From Candidatus Poribacteria bacterium (GTDB lineage: Bacteria > Poribacteria > WGA-4E > GCA-2687025), in contig OY762492.1 in the NCBI GenBank assembly GCA_963665845.2, positions 1,824,001 through 1,888,000 on the forward strand: 64,000 nucleotides of DNA. The letters are read 5' to 3'. Below, one piece after another: positions 1 through 9,693 of this stretch (position 1 is its first letter; each line of letters begins with the position of its first letter). The translations under genes were made by a program, and so were the position numbers. Under the pieces are notes generated by a model. That model saw only the letters and a program-made list of their open reading frames with translations, was not told where the DNA came from and made no database searches.

Positions 1-1
1 C

Positions 2-817
2 TTCATCGTCTGGGGGCATCATATGTTTCAGAGCGGAATGAACCCGATGATGGGAACCACCTTCATGGTCTCTACGATGTTCATCGCGGTGCCGTCCGCC
101 ATCAAAACGTTCAACTGGCTCGGCACCATGTACAAGGGGCAGATACAGTACACCACCGCGATGTGCTTCGCCATCTCCTTTGTGTCGATGTTTGTCATCG
201 GCGGGTTGAGCGGGATTTTCATGGCGTCCACCATCGTGGACATCTACATCCATGACACGTACTTTATCGTCGCGCATATCCATTATGTGCTGTTTGCGGG
301 CAGCATCATGGGGGCGTTTGCGGGGATTTACTACTGGTATCCGAAAATGTTTGGGCGGATGATGAACGAGAAGGCGGGCAAGCTGCATTTCTGGCTGACC
401 TTCATCACGCTGAACGGCGTTTTCTTCCCGATGCATATCGTCGGACTCGGCGGAATGATGCGGCGCATTTACGACCCGACGCAGTACGCGCATCTGCAGC
501 ATCTGCAGCCGCTCAATGTGTTCATGACGGTGTCGGCAATCGGGCTGGGTTTTGTTCAGATCATCTTCGCGGTCAACTTCTTCGGGTCGCTTGTCTGGGG
601 GAAGCGCGCTTCCGGCAACCCGTGGCATGCGAATTCGCTGGAATGGCTCACCGCGTCTCCGCCGCCGATGTGGAACTTCGAGGAAACGCCGGTTGTTCAC
701 CATGGCCCGTATGAGTATTCCAGCCCGCTCACAGAGGACGATTATCTGCCTCAAACGACGCCGCTGCCGCCGCCCGCCGAAGAGCCTGTCCCCGTCCCAG
801 AGCCGACAGCAACGTGA
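2..817 (+). CDS. ctaD: Cytochrome c oxidase subunit I, C-terminal part (gene begins before the window)
   Basis: Frame open from the window edge; WGHHM (CuB ligands), HDTYFIVAHIHYV (heme a/a3 ligands), GMMRRIY, NPW..NSLEW motifs. Confidence 0.95.
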   Translation, partial: FIVWGHHMFQSGMNPMMGTTFMVSTMFIAVPSAIKTFNWLGTMYKGQIQYTTAMCFAISFVSMFVIGGLSGIFMASTIVDIYIHDTYFIVAHIHYVLFAGSIMGAFAGIYYWYPKMFGRMMNEKAGKLHFWLTFITLNGVFFPMHIVGLGGMMRRIYDPTQYAHLQHLQPLNVFMTVSAIGLGFVQIIFAVNFFGSLVWGKRASGNPWHANSLEWLTASPPPMWNFEETPVVHHGPYEYSSPLTEDDYLPQTTPLPPPAEEPVPVPEPTAT

Positions 818-1773
818 CGCGCGGACGAACGGCGTTCGCTTTTTTGACAGCCGCCTCCGCATGGGTTCTCATCGGCGCGGGCGGGCTTGTGACCAGCTCC
901 GGCGCCGGGCTGTCGATACCGGACTGGCCCCTCGCCTACAACAGAATCATCCCCCCATGGGTCGGCGGCATCCGCATCGAATTCACTCATCGGGTCATCG
1001 CGGCGGTCGTCGCTGTCATGACAGGCGTTCTCATGGCATGGACGCTCAAAGCGGACGACCGCCCATGGGTGAGGCGGCTTTCCGCCGCGGCGTTTGCGGC
1101 GGTGCTGTTTCAGGCGGCGCTGGGCGGCTTGACGGTGCTTTTTTTATTGCCGACCGCCGTTTCCATCGCGCATGCGGGCTTGGCGGAGCTGTTTTTAGGA
1201 TGCCTCGTCGTTCTTGCCGCGGCGACGGCGGCGAACGGATCGGTTGAAAAAACGGCAGACTCGTTCCTTCTGCGATGCGCGGCCGCCGTTCCCGTTCTGA
1301 TTTTTATTCAGATTATGTTTGGGGCATGGACGCGGCATATCGGCGCCGGGCTTGCCATTCCCGACTTTCCGCTCGCTTACGGACAGATCATCCCGCCCCT
1401 TTCATCTGACGCGCTGCCTGAAATCAACCGCCAGCTGTTCGACGAGCATTCGCTGGCGTTTTTGAGTTCGACCGCGCCCATCGCCGTTCATTTTACGCAT
1501 CGATTGGGCGCGTTGGCGGTGTCCGCGGCGGTACTTATTTTTCTGATTGCCGCGCTGCGCCGTTCCCCGCGCGACCGAAAGCTGGTCGTTGTCTCTGCCG
1601 CGTTGACCCTCCTGCTCGCCGTTCAGATCTGCCTCGCCGCGTGGACGATATGGAGCCGCCTCTCCGTCTGGCCGACGACGGCGCATGTGAGCGTCGGCTC
1701 CGCCATGTTCGCCCTTTCGGTTTACGGGGCGGCGGATTGCTTCTTCCGCTATCGAAACGAGGCGTACGCATGA
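814..1773 (+). CDS. ctaA: Heme A synthase (COX15/CtaA family)
   Basis: Duplicated GAGL.IPDW/FPL motif, EFTHR and HFTHR histidines, about 8 TM helices, GTGA overlap with ctaD. Confidence 0.9.
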   Translation: MTRGRTAFAFLTAASAWVLIGAGGLVTSSGAGLSIPDWPLAYNRIIPPWVGGIRIEFTHRVIAAVVAVMTGVLMAWTLKADDRPWVRRLSAAAFAAVLFQAALGGLTVLFLLPTAVSIAHAGLAELFLGCLVVLAAATAANGSVEKTADSFLLRCAAAVPVLIFIQIMFGAWTRHIGAGLAIPDFPLAYGQIIPPLSSDALPEINRQLFDEHSLAFLSSTAPIAVHFTHRLGALAVSAAVLIFLIAALRRSPRDRKLVVVSAALTLLLAVQICLAAWTIWSRLSVWPTTAHVSVGSAMFALSVYGAADCFFRYRNEAYA

Positions 1774-2660
1774 GCTTTGCCGCCGCCGCGCAACGCCTTC
1801 GCGTCTCCGCCTTTGTTGAGTTGACGAAGCCGCGCATCGCCTCTTTGGTGTCGATGACCGCCGCCGTGGGCTACCTCGCCGGCGCCTCAACGCCGATCCC
1901 ATGGACGGGGCTGGCGCATCTGATCATCGGAACGGCGCTGGCCGCCGGCGGAGCCAGCGCGCTCAACCAAACCATCGAACGCAACATCGACGGCAAAATG
2001 CGCCGAACGATGCTGCGACCGATACCGTCGGGGCGCGTCTCGGCTATAGAAGCGGGCGCCTTCGGATGCGCGCTCAGCGCCGCGGGATGCGCATATCTAT
2101 GGGCGGCGGTGAACGGATTGACGGCGCTGCTTGCCGCGTTGACGCTCGCCAGCTATCTGGGAGCCTACACGCCGCTCAAACGAATCACCTCGCTCAATAC
2201 GGTGGTCGGGGCCGTCCCAGGAGCGTTGCCCCCCGTCGGCGGATGGGCGGCGGCGCGCGGCGGCGTCGGGCTTGAAGCGTGGGTTCTGTTCGCTATTCTG
2301 TTTTTATGGCAGCTGCCGCACTTTCTCGCCATCGCGTGGATCTACCGCGACGATTACGCCCGCGCCGATCTTGCCATGCTTCCCTGCCAGGACGACAGCG
2401 GCGCCATGACAGGACGCCAAGTCGCGCTCTATACGCTTGCGTTGACGCCGGTGAGCCTCGCCCCCAGCGTTTGTGGGATGGCGGGCGGCTTCTATTTTGC
2501 GGGCGCCTTGGCGCTCGGATGCGCATTTACCGCGTTCGCCGGACGAATGGCATGGAAGCGCAGCGCCGTTTCCGCCCGCCGGCTCTTGACCGCCTCGCTG
2601 CTGTATCTCCCGCTCCTTTTCAGCCTTCTGATCATAGACCGATACAGCGGAGGATTCTGA
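1770..2660 (+). CDS. ctaB: Protoheme IX farnesyltransferase (heme O synthase)
   Basis: ELTKPRI, LNQ.IER..D.KM.RT..RPIPSGR, YTPLKR, WQLPHF; start placed at the ATGA overlap (1770). Confidence 0.95.
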   Translation: MSFAAAAQRLRVSAFVELTKPRIASLVSMTAAVGYLAGASTPIPWTGLAHLIIGTALAAGGASALNQTIERNIDGKMRRTMLRPIPSGRVSAIEAGAFGCALSAAGCAYLWAAVNGLTALLAALTLASYLGAYTPLKRITSLNTVVGAVPGALPPVGGWAAARGGVGLEAWVLFAILFLWQLPHFLAIAWIYRDDYARADLAMLPCQDDSGAMTGRQVALYTLALTPVSLAPSVCGMAGGFYFAGALALGCAFTAFAGRMAWKRSAVSARRLLTASLLYLPLLFSLLIIDRYSGGF

Positions 2661-3112
2661 TGCCGATGTCTGACGTCCCCCAATGGGTCAGGTCGCTGCC
2701 GCATCTGAACGCGAGTTTAAACGCTGTCAGCGCGGCGCTGCTGATTGCCGGATTTCGAGCCGTCCGCAAGGGAAACATAGAGCGGCACCGGAACGCAATG
2801 ATCGCCGCGCTCTGCGTATCCGCTCTGTTTTTGGCGAGTTACCTAACATACCATTTTTATCCAGGCGTCGGCTCGATCCGTTTTGAAAATCCCGCTTGGT
2901 TCCGCCCCGTCTATTTGAGCGTCTTGATTCCGCATATTGTCTTGGCGGTTCCGGTCGCGCCGGCGGCTCTTGTTTTAGTGTTTTTAGCGGGAACGCGCCG
3001 AATCGACGCGCACCGCCGGCTTGCGAAGATCGCCTTGCCGGTCTGGCTGTTCGTGTCAGGAAGCGGCGTCGCCGTCTATCTCATCTTATACGCGGTTTTT
3101 CCGCAGGTTTAG
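2660..3112 (+). CDS. DUF420 family membrane protein (CtaM/YozB-like oxidase assembly factor)
   Basis: LPHLNASLN, HRNAMI, FLASYLTYH, HIVLA, HRRLAK..LPVWL.VS.SG; start at the TGATG overlap. Confidence 0.85.
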   Translation: MPMSDVPQWVRSLPHLNASLNAVSAALLIAGFRAVRKGNIERHRNAMIAALCVSALFLASYLTYHFYPGVGSIRFENPAWFRPVYLSVLIPHIVLAVPVAPAALVLVFLAGTRRIDAHRRLAKIALPVWLFVSGSGVAVYLILYAVFPQV

Positions 3113-3121
3113 GAGTTCATC

Positions 3122-3415
3122 ATGAAACGCGCCATTCAACTATGCGCCGCCGCCATCGCGCTGCTTTTGTTGGGAGAGCTTTCAACGCTGCTCGCATGCC
3201 CATTGTGCAAAAATGCGGTTGATCAGTCGGTCGGGCAAGAAGCGGCGGCGATGCGCAACGGCCTCGGCAGCGGCTTCGCGTTCAGCATCTATATGATGCT
3301 CGCCGTTCCGTATCTGATCGTCGGCGGGTTTGCCTTTGCAATCTGGAGAAACATCCGCCGCAGCGACTCGTCTAAAGCGACAGGCGATAAGACGGGCAAA
3401 ACGGCGGACGCCTAA
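3122..3415 (+). CDS. Small exported/membrane protein with CPLC motif
   Basis: AGGAG RBS, signal peptide, CxxC, C-terminal TM (SIYMMLAVPY). Confidence 0.7.
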   Translation: MKRAIQLCAAAIALLLLGELSTLLACPLCKNAVDQSVGQEAAAMRNGLGSGFAFSIYMMLAVPYLIVGGFAFAIWRNIRRSDSSKATGDKTGKTADA

Positions 3416-3427
3416 CGGAGCGGCGAC

Positions 3428-4369
3428 TTGACGCAACATCCTCCCGCCATCGAAGTTGATCAGCTGTCGTTTCAGTACGGCGAACGGCATGCGCTGCGCG
3501 GCGTCTCTTTCTCGGCGGAGCAGGGCTGCATGTTCGGCGTCGTCGGACCGAACGGAAGCGGCAAATCAACCCTGCTGCGAATCCTTGCGACGCTCCTGCG
3601 CCCGTCCAGCGGAACGGCGCGCGTCTTCAGCATCGACGCGCAGAGCAGCCCGCGCGCCGTCCGTAAAACGATGGGCGTCGTCTTCCAAGGCACCTCTTTA
3701 GACGACAAGCTGACCGTGCGCGAAAATATGCAGTTTCGCGGAAAGCTATACGGCATGCGCAGATCGAAGCTCGCGTCCAAGATAAAGGTCAGCCTGGAAA
3801 GCGGCGGACTCATGGAGCGCGCCGACGACCGCGTCGAAACGCTGTCGGGCGGCATGCGCCGGCGCGTGGAGCTGGCGGCGGCGCTGCTGCATGAACCGCC
3901 CCTGCTGCTGCTGGACGAACCGACAACGGGGCTGGACCCGTCGGCGCGGCATGCGTTCTGGGAAGAAACGGCGCGTCAAAAAAAGGAGCGGGAATTGACC
4001 GTCATCCTCACAACGCATCTCATGGACGAAGCGGAGCGGTGCGGATCTCTCGCGCTGTTTCATTTAGGGGAGCTGATCGCGCTGGAATCGCCTGACGAAA
4101 TGAAGCGGAAGATGGGCTGCGACGTCGTCTCCATGCGCGCGGCAGACGCCTCCGCGCTTGCCGAGGAGCTGTCGGCGCGGTTCGGAATGCGCTGTTTCTG
4201 CAGCGGAAACGAAGCGCGGTTCAACGCTCCCGACGGACGCGAATGGGTCGGAAAACTGCTGGAAATGTTTGGCGAACGCATCGACTCGGTCGCCGTCAGC
4301 AAGCCGTCCATTGAGGATGTTTTCCTGGCGCGGACCGACTACGCGGCGCCGCCGGAAGACGCAGACTGA
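3428..4369 (+). CDS. ABC transporter ATP-binding protein (DrrA-like)
   Basis: GPNGSGKS, LSGGM, LLLDEPT, TTH. Confidence 0.93.
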   Translation: MTQHPPAIEVDQLSFQYGERHALRGVSFSAEQGCMFGVVGPNGSGKSTLLRILATLLRPSSGTARVFSIDAQSSPRAVRKTMGVVFQGTSLDDKLTVRENMQFRGKLYGMRRSKLASKIKVSLESGGLMERADDRVETLSGGMRRRVELAAALLHEPPLLLLDEPTTGLDPSARHAFWEETARQKKERELTVILTTHLMDEAERCGSLALFHLGELIALESPDEMKRKMGCDVVSMRAADASALAEELSARFGMRCFCSGNEARFNAPDGREWVGKLLEMFGERIDSVAVSKPSIEDVFLARTDYAAPPEDAD

Positions 4370-5133
4370 TGGGCGTTTGGCCGATCTGGCGCCGAGATTT
4401 CACCCGTTTTTACCGTCAGCCGAACCGCGTTGGCGGGGCGTTGGGCGCTCCGCTGCTGCTCTGGCTCTTTATCGGGTCGGGCTTTGGAGACGCCTTTTCG
4501 CCGCCTGCAGAGGTCGAGATGGGGTATCTGGAGTATTTTTTCCCAGGCTTCATCGCGCTGGTCGTTCTTTTCACCTCCATTTTTTCGGCGATGTCGATCA
4601 TTGAGGACAGGCGCGAAGGTTTTTTACAGAGCGTCCTGGCGGCGCCTGTGTCGCGCGCCTCCATTGTTACCGGCAAGGCGTTGAGCGCGGCGAGTCAGGC
4701 GCTGGCGCAGAGCCTCATCGCGCTCATTCCCGCGTTTTTCTTTTTAGACGATTTCAGCGCGGCGAAAGCGGGCTTCATCTTGGCGGCGCTGGCGGCGCTC
4801 TCCTTCGGGTTGAGCGCCTTCGGGCTGGCGATGGCGTGGCGAATGGATTCGACGCAGGCGTACCACAGCGTGATGAACCTGATCCTCATGCCGATGTGGC
4901 TGCTGTCGGGAGCGATGTTTCCGTTGACGACGGCGCCTGGGTGGATGAGCTGGCTGATGCGTTTCAACCCGCTTTTTTATGCGGTCGCGGCGCTGCGGTC
5001 CAGTTTTTACGGCGCGACCGAAGCGGAAGCGTTAACTGGCGTCCCGACCGCATGGGCGGCGGGCGCCGCGGTCGCTTTTGGGCTTGTCGGTTTTGGGGCG
5101 GCGGTCTGGGCGGCGCAGCGGCCTGAAGCATGA
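4369..5133 (+). CDS. ABC-2 type transporter permease
   Basis: YLEYFFPG, IIEDRREGFL...L.APV, LSGAMFP, NPL.YAV; 6 TM. Confidence 0.92.
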   Translation: MGVWPIWRRDFTRFYRQPNRVGGALGAPLLLWLFIGSGFGDAFSPPAEVEMGYLEYFFPGFIALVVLFTSIFSAMSIIEDRREGFLQSVLAAPVSRASIVTGKALSAASQALAQSLIALIPAFFFLDDFSAAKAGFILAALAALSFGLSAFGLAMAWRMDSTQAYHSVMNLILMPMWLLSGAMFPLTTAPGWMSWLMRFNPLFYAVAALRSSFYGATEAEALTGVPTAWAAGAAVAFGLVGFGAAVWAAQRPEA

Positions 5134-5159
5134 ATACGGCAGGCGCCGCCAACTAGACT

Positions 5160-5252
5160 GTCCCGCTTCCGCGAGGACATGCATTCCCGCCCTCGCGGTA
5201 AAAGCGCGGGAATCTTAAGGCGCCGCAAACCCCTAGCCCCCTTAAGGGGCAG
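5160..5252. repeat. Composite intergenic hairpin repeat (expanded ATTCCC..GGGAAT with an adjacent 20-nt inserted hairpin, plus CCCCTT/AAGGGG hairpin)
   Basis: ATTCCC...GGGAAT at 5183-5213; CCCGCTTCCGCGAGGACATG at 5162-5181; AAACCCCTAGCCCCCTTAAGGGG follows. Confidence 0.8.
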
Positions 5253-5280
5253 GGAGTTTTGAGCGCGCGGGTTGAAGTCG

Positions 5281-5379
5281 GTTTGAACTAGGATTGAAGG
5301 ATTTTTAAGATTGCCAAGATTAGCGGCTCACGGGAATTCTCTTGGCAATCTTTTCAATCTTGGCAATCCTAGTTCAGAC
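5281..5379. repeat. Inverted-repeat element with internal 9-nt periodic units
   Basis: GTTTGAACTAGGATT ... AATCCTAGTTCAGAC ends; GATTnnnAA-like units mirrored on both arms; half copy near 53280. Confidence 0.75.
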
Positions 5380-5395
5380 AACGAGATCAAGCTTT

Positions 5396-8300
5396 TCACT
5401 TGACCCGCGTTTGATATTTCTCAAAGAAGGCGCGCGACTTCTCCGTCTCCGGATAGGAAACGTCCGCTGGATACGGATAGCTCGGCATCGCCTTAAACGG
5501 CAGCGGACCGATCGTCATCGGATGCGCCGTGTAAAGGTCCATATCCTTGCAATACCCATGCGCATCGAACGCAAAACTGCGGACGCAGCCCTCTGGCACG
5601 GGCGGGAAATCGTCCGCGCGGAACGCCAGCTCCAGCCCGTCCCCCCGCCCCATGATGACAAACTGATCGTCCACCTCCGTCAACAGCGGCAGGACGTCGC
5701 CGAAACGGGTGTGAACGCCGCGCATGTTTTTGAACGGAAACGACGGGTCTATGCTGTCGTAATCGTATAGGCGCGGCATGCGTCCGTCGGGCGAGTATTC
5801 GCGCGGATAGCCCGCCCTTCGCAAGACGGCGCGCGACGCTTCGACTCGATGAAGCGCGGCGGGGCGCGTGGACGCCGCCGCTATAAACAGCTCGTCGATG
5901 TAGATTTCCTGATTCATCCGCAGACGCAGTTCGCGCCATTCGTTCGGCTGAAGGTCGGGCAGCTCCAGCGTCATCATTTTCGGCATGCCGGCGGGATAGC
6001 CGGCGCTCGGCGCCGCAGCGCGCCATTCGCCGTCCGCGCCCCGCGCGTCAACGCTCATCCCCTCCAGCGCCAGCCCTTCCTGCGCCGCCGCGTAATTGAT
6101 GTGCGAATACGGATACTCCACCCAGCCGTAAATGAACAGTACCAGCCGCTCGCCCGTTTTGATCTGAACCGCCTCCTCTGAAAACTGCAGATGAATGGAC
6201 GCCTCTTGCTCTAAAAAGCCGAGGCGCCGCCTGTGCCGTTTCAAGGGCTGATAGACGCGGTCGCGCGCCGCGAGAGCCGGAAGAATGTCAAGTCCCTCAT
6301 AGCCTGCCCCCGTGAAAACGGGGGTCATTTCCGCGCTGATCGGATAATGCCGCTTTGAGAACACATAAAACTGCTCCGTCGGCAGATTCCCGTCCGCCGC
6401 AAACCGCTCGTCTGGATACGCCTCCGTCCCGACGGGATGGTCAACCGCTGTCAGCCCGACCGCGTCCAGGTAGACCGCCTCCTCCATTGGCTCCATGATC
6501 TGAAACAGGTATTCGCCTCTTGCGCCTGCGCGATCAGAAATCTTCGGCGCCAGCTGCCCCGCCTCCAGTTGGACGCGCTCCGTCGGGTCGGGCTGCGCAT
6601 AGACGCCCGGCGCTAAAAAGAAACCGAGTCCGCCGACGCCTAGAAAGTCGCTGATAAACTCATACCGCTCGCCGTTCCACGCAAACAGAATCGGACATGA
6701 GGACGCTTTCCGCTGAACCTCCTTCACCCGCCGAAACTGATTGGCGGGCAGCTCCAGCTCCGACTGCAGAACGCCGTTTGGCCAGAGGATGCGCAGATAG
6801 TCGGCTCCTTCCCGCCGCCCTAAGCCGAACTCAAGATGCGGGTTGGATGCGATGAAGGCGCCGCCGATCATATGCCGCTCCGTCTGACGGCGCATTCCGC
6901 CCGATCGGATTTCAACCTGCGCGCCGTAGCCGGAACGGTTGGCGCGTTCCCCCTCCAGCGCGATATGAAGCCATCGGTTCGCATTTCCGCCTTCGTTTTG
7001 GTAGATGATCAGTTGTCCAGCGTCGTCCAGCGTGAGCAGGTCGCTGTCGCCGTCCGCGTCCATGTCAGCCGCCGCGATCGGTCCGCGCAGGTTTGCGGCG
7101 ATGTTTAAGCCGAATCGTTCGGAGGCGTCTTGGAACGCGCCGGCGCCGTCGTTTTCATAAAGGCGAACGCCGTTTTTTTCGGCGAAGGCGATGTCCAGAT
7201 CGCCGTCGTTGTCCGCGTCAAACGGAACGGCGGAATGCGCCTGGGGCGGGTCTGGGAATTGCAGCCGTTCAAATCTGCCGTCTCGGTTGAGCGCCATCTC
7301 CGCGCCGCTTGGATATAGAAGCAGCAGGTCGACGTTGCCGTCCCCGTCAAAATCGCCTGCTATAGGCGCGATGCGCTCGCCGCCTGGTTTCATTTCCGCC
7401 AGACCCGTCTGCGCGGAGATGTCTGTCCATCGGTTCAATCGGTCGTTTCGATAGAGGCGGGGGGAGCTTCGCTTTGGCAAGGCGATCAGGTCGACGTCCA
7501 TATCGCCGTCTGCGTCGCCGAGGGCGAAGGGCGCGCTGTTCTCTTCCTCTAATTTTTGCTCTATTTTTTGAAAGGCGCCGTTTCCGTTGTTGCGGTAGAC
7601 GGCGAGCGTCTCGGCGCCGGCGGCGATCAGGTCAAGGTCGCCCTCATGGTCCACATCCGCCCATGCCGCTGTATGAATGCCGCCCGCCGCCGCAATGCCG
7701 CTTTCAGCCGTCGCGTCCACAAAACGCATACCGCCCTCGTTTCGCAAAAGTCGGCTCTCTTTCTCCCCAAAGGCGAACAGGTCGGCGTCGCCGTCATCGT
7801 CCATATCGCCGAAAACGCCGCTCATGTACCCTTTAACCGGCATCGGCGCCGTTTCTATCAAACCAGCCTCCGATGAAATGCAGACGACGCCGGCGTTCGG
7901 CAGGTAGATGTCGAGCCGTCCGTCCTGGTTCAGGTCGATCAGCGCAAACCCGTTCTCGCTTGTTTTTACGGGCAGCTCCAGCCGCTTGCGCTTGAACAGA
8001 ACCTTGATTTTCGTTTGGACGCTTTCTTCTTCAGGAAGCGGATAGATTCGGACGACATCCGCATAGACGCCCATTTCGCCGTATGCCATCGCGCGCTTGA
8101 CGCCGGCGTTTGCCGCGTCCATTTCTCTAAAGAGAGCCATCTCTTTCACCGCTTCGTCTCGCCGTTTGAGCCGCACGAGCGCTTGTCCGAGAGAGTAGCG
8201 CGCCGACAAGAGATACGGGTTGATTTCAACCGCCCGCCGCAGCGCCGCCTCCGCCTGTTCATACTCGCCGCGCGTCAGCAGGATGGCGCCGATGAAATAG

Positions 8301-8716
8301 AGGCTGTCGGCGCTGTTCGGGTCGCGCTTGAGCGTCTCGTTGAAATGACGGAACGCCGCGTCGTTGTCGCCGCGGTAGCGCGCTAAGACGGCGAGCGCGT
8401 ATGGCGGATGGGGCATTTTGGGGTTGAGCGCGTCCGCTTTGAGAAAGGCGGCTTGGGCAAGGTCAAGCGCGTCCGCCGCTTCAGGGTCAGACGCCGCGTT
8501 CAGCTGGGCGACGCCGAGGTTCATCCACGCATACTCCCATTCGGGCGCGCGTTCAACCGTTTTTTGAAACGCTTGAACCGCGTCCGCAAACCGGTACTGC
8601 TCCATCAACCCGACGCCGCGGTTCATCCATTTGACCGCCTCGGCGTCCTGCGCTTGCGCGGCGCATGTCCATAAAGCGCATACGGCAAGCGCCGCCGCTG
8701 TCAAGATGCGTCTCAT
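5396..8716 (-). CDS. Secreted TPR + FG-GAP + ASPIC/UnbV (CRTAC1-like) protein
   Basis: Signal peptide, TPRs, multiple DxDxDGDxD repeats, NR.GYGAQV..HLEFGLG..WPNG (ASPIC/UnbV), C-terminal SSCP domain. Confidence 0.88.
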   Translation of the reverse strand: MRRILTAAALAVCALWTCAAQAQDAEAVKWMNRGVGLMEQYRFADAVQAFQKTVERAPEWEYAWMNLGVAQLNAASDPEAADALDLAQAAFLKADALNPKMPHPPYALAVLARYRGDNDAAFRHFNETLKRDPNSADSLYFIGAILLTRGEYEQAEAALRRAVEINPYLLSARYSLGQALVRLKRRDEAVKEMALFREMDAANAGVKRAMAYGEMGVYADVVRIYPLPEEESVQTKIKVLFKRKRLELPVKTSENGFALIDLNQDGRLDIYLPNAGVVCISSEAGLIETAPMPVKGYMSGVFGDMDDDGDADLFAFGEKESRLLRNEGGMRFVDATAESGIAAAGGIHTAAWADVDHEGDLDLIAAGAETLAVYRNNGNGAFQKIEQKLEEENSAPFALGDADGDMDVDLIALPKRSSPRLYRNDRLNRWTDISAQTGLAEMKPGGERIAPIAGDFDGDGNVDLLLLYPSGAEMALNRDGRFERLQFPDPPQAHSAVPFDADNDGDLDIAFAEKNGVRLYENDGAGAFQDASERFGLNIAANLRGPIAAADMDADGDSDLLTLDDAGQLIIYQNEGGNANRWLHIALEGERANRSGYGAQVEIRSGGMRRQTERHMIGGAFIASNPHLEFGLGRREGADYLRILWPNGVLQSELELPANQFRRVKEVQRKASSCPILFAWNGERYEFISDFLGVGGLGFFLAPGVYAQPDPTERVQLEAGQLAPKISDRAGARGEYLFQIMEPMEEAVYLDAVGLTAVDHPVGTEAYPDERFAADGNLPTEQFYVFSKRHYPISAEMTPVFTGAGYEGLDILPALAARDRVYQPLKRHRRRLGFLEQEASIHLQFSEEAVQIKTGERLVLFIYGWVEYPYSHINYAAAQEGLALEGMSVDARGADGEWRAAAPSAGYPAGMPKMMTLELPDLQPNEWRELRLRMNQEIYIDELFIAAASTRPAALHRVEASRAVLRRAGYPREYSPDGRMPRLYDYDSIDPSFPFKNMRGVHTRFGDVLPLLTEVDDQFVIMGRGDGLELAFRADDFPPVPEGCVRSFAFDAHGYCKDMDLYTAHPMTIGPLPFKAMPSYPYPADVSYPETEKSRAFFEKYQTRVK

Positions 8717-8803
8717 TATTTTGGCTCCAGCTGTTTCATTGTCAGCTCCGCCAACCGTTCGCCGTCAACAAGCCGATGACCGCCATAATGCCGATCCCTT
8801 CCG

Positions 8804-9598
8804 TTAAACAGGGCGAAACGCGAAGGAGGAGACGACGTCATACCATAAAACAAAACGCTCGCCGTTCACCTTCAGCGCGATGTTTCGGTTCAGCTCAACG
8901 TTGGTTCGACTTTCATGGCAGTAGTGCCGGCTCAACAGAACGCGCCCGTTCCGCGTCAGATACCCCTCCACCAGCAGATCGTCCAAAAAGGTACTCTTGT
9001 CGCCGACATCGTCCTCATAAACGCGCATGCATTCGAAGGTTCTGCCGCCGATGCGGACATCGAACGCGCCCGCGCCGAGCGCCTTGCCGCTGTTGCCGAG
9101 CTGTATCGGTCCGTTGGCGGGCAGCCCAGGCTCAATGCGCCGATTTACACTGCCCCAATCGAACTCAAAGTCGGGGTCCTTGTGAGTGTACCATCCGTAG
9201 CCCGCCGTATAGACCGCCAGATAGCGCGCTTGGTCGGATGTCAGTTGGGCGAAGACGCGCTCCGTTTCAGGCAGCCATCCGCGTCCCGCCGCCCACTCTC
9301 GCCGCTCAATTTCAACGCCGTTGAGCGGGTCGTTCGGTTTCAGTTTGAGCGCCCGGCGCAGCGATTCTTCTCTTGAGGCGCGGTCAAGGTCGCCGGGCTG
9401 CGCGCCGGCGCGCGATTCGATGACGCTGCGAAGCGAGCCGTCAACCGCTTCATACTCCGCATGGGACGCAAACTCGCCCTCTTTCGGCACAATTTGCCAC
9501 CAGCGCAGTTCGGGGCAATCGACAGCGATGGAGCGCCGGTCGGTCGGGAGAATCTCGATCTCTGGGCGCGTCAACGGGAAGTTGTGGTTGGAATTCAT
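8804..9598 (-). CDS. Hypothetical protein
   Basis: 264-aa ORF with protein-like composition, co-oriented with neighbours. Confidence 0.7.
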   Translation of the reverse strand: MNSNHNFPLTRPEIEILPTDRRSIAVDCPELRWWQIVPKEGEFASHAEYEAVDGSLRSVIESRAGAQPGDLDRASREESLRRALKLKPNDPLNGVEIERREWAAGRGWLPETERVFAQLTSDQARYLAVYTAGYGWYTHKDPDFEFDWGSVNRRIEPGLPANGPIQLGNSGKALGAGAFDVRIGGRTFECMRVYEDDVGDKSTFLDDLLVEGYLTRNGRVLLSRHYCHESRTNVELNRNIALKVNGERFVLWYDVVSSFAFRPV

Positions 9599-9693
9599 GG
9601 CGCTCTCTTTCTGTAGATGCAGTTATCGTTTTCGAAAAAGGCGGCGGACGAGCCGATACAAAAACCGCCTGAATAGATACTCCGCCAATCTTT

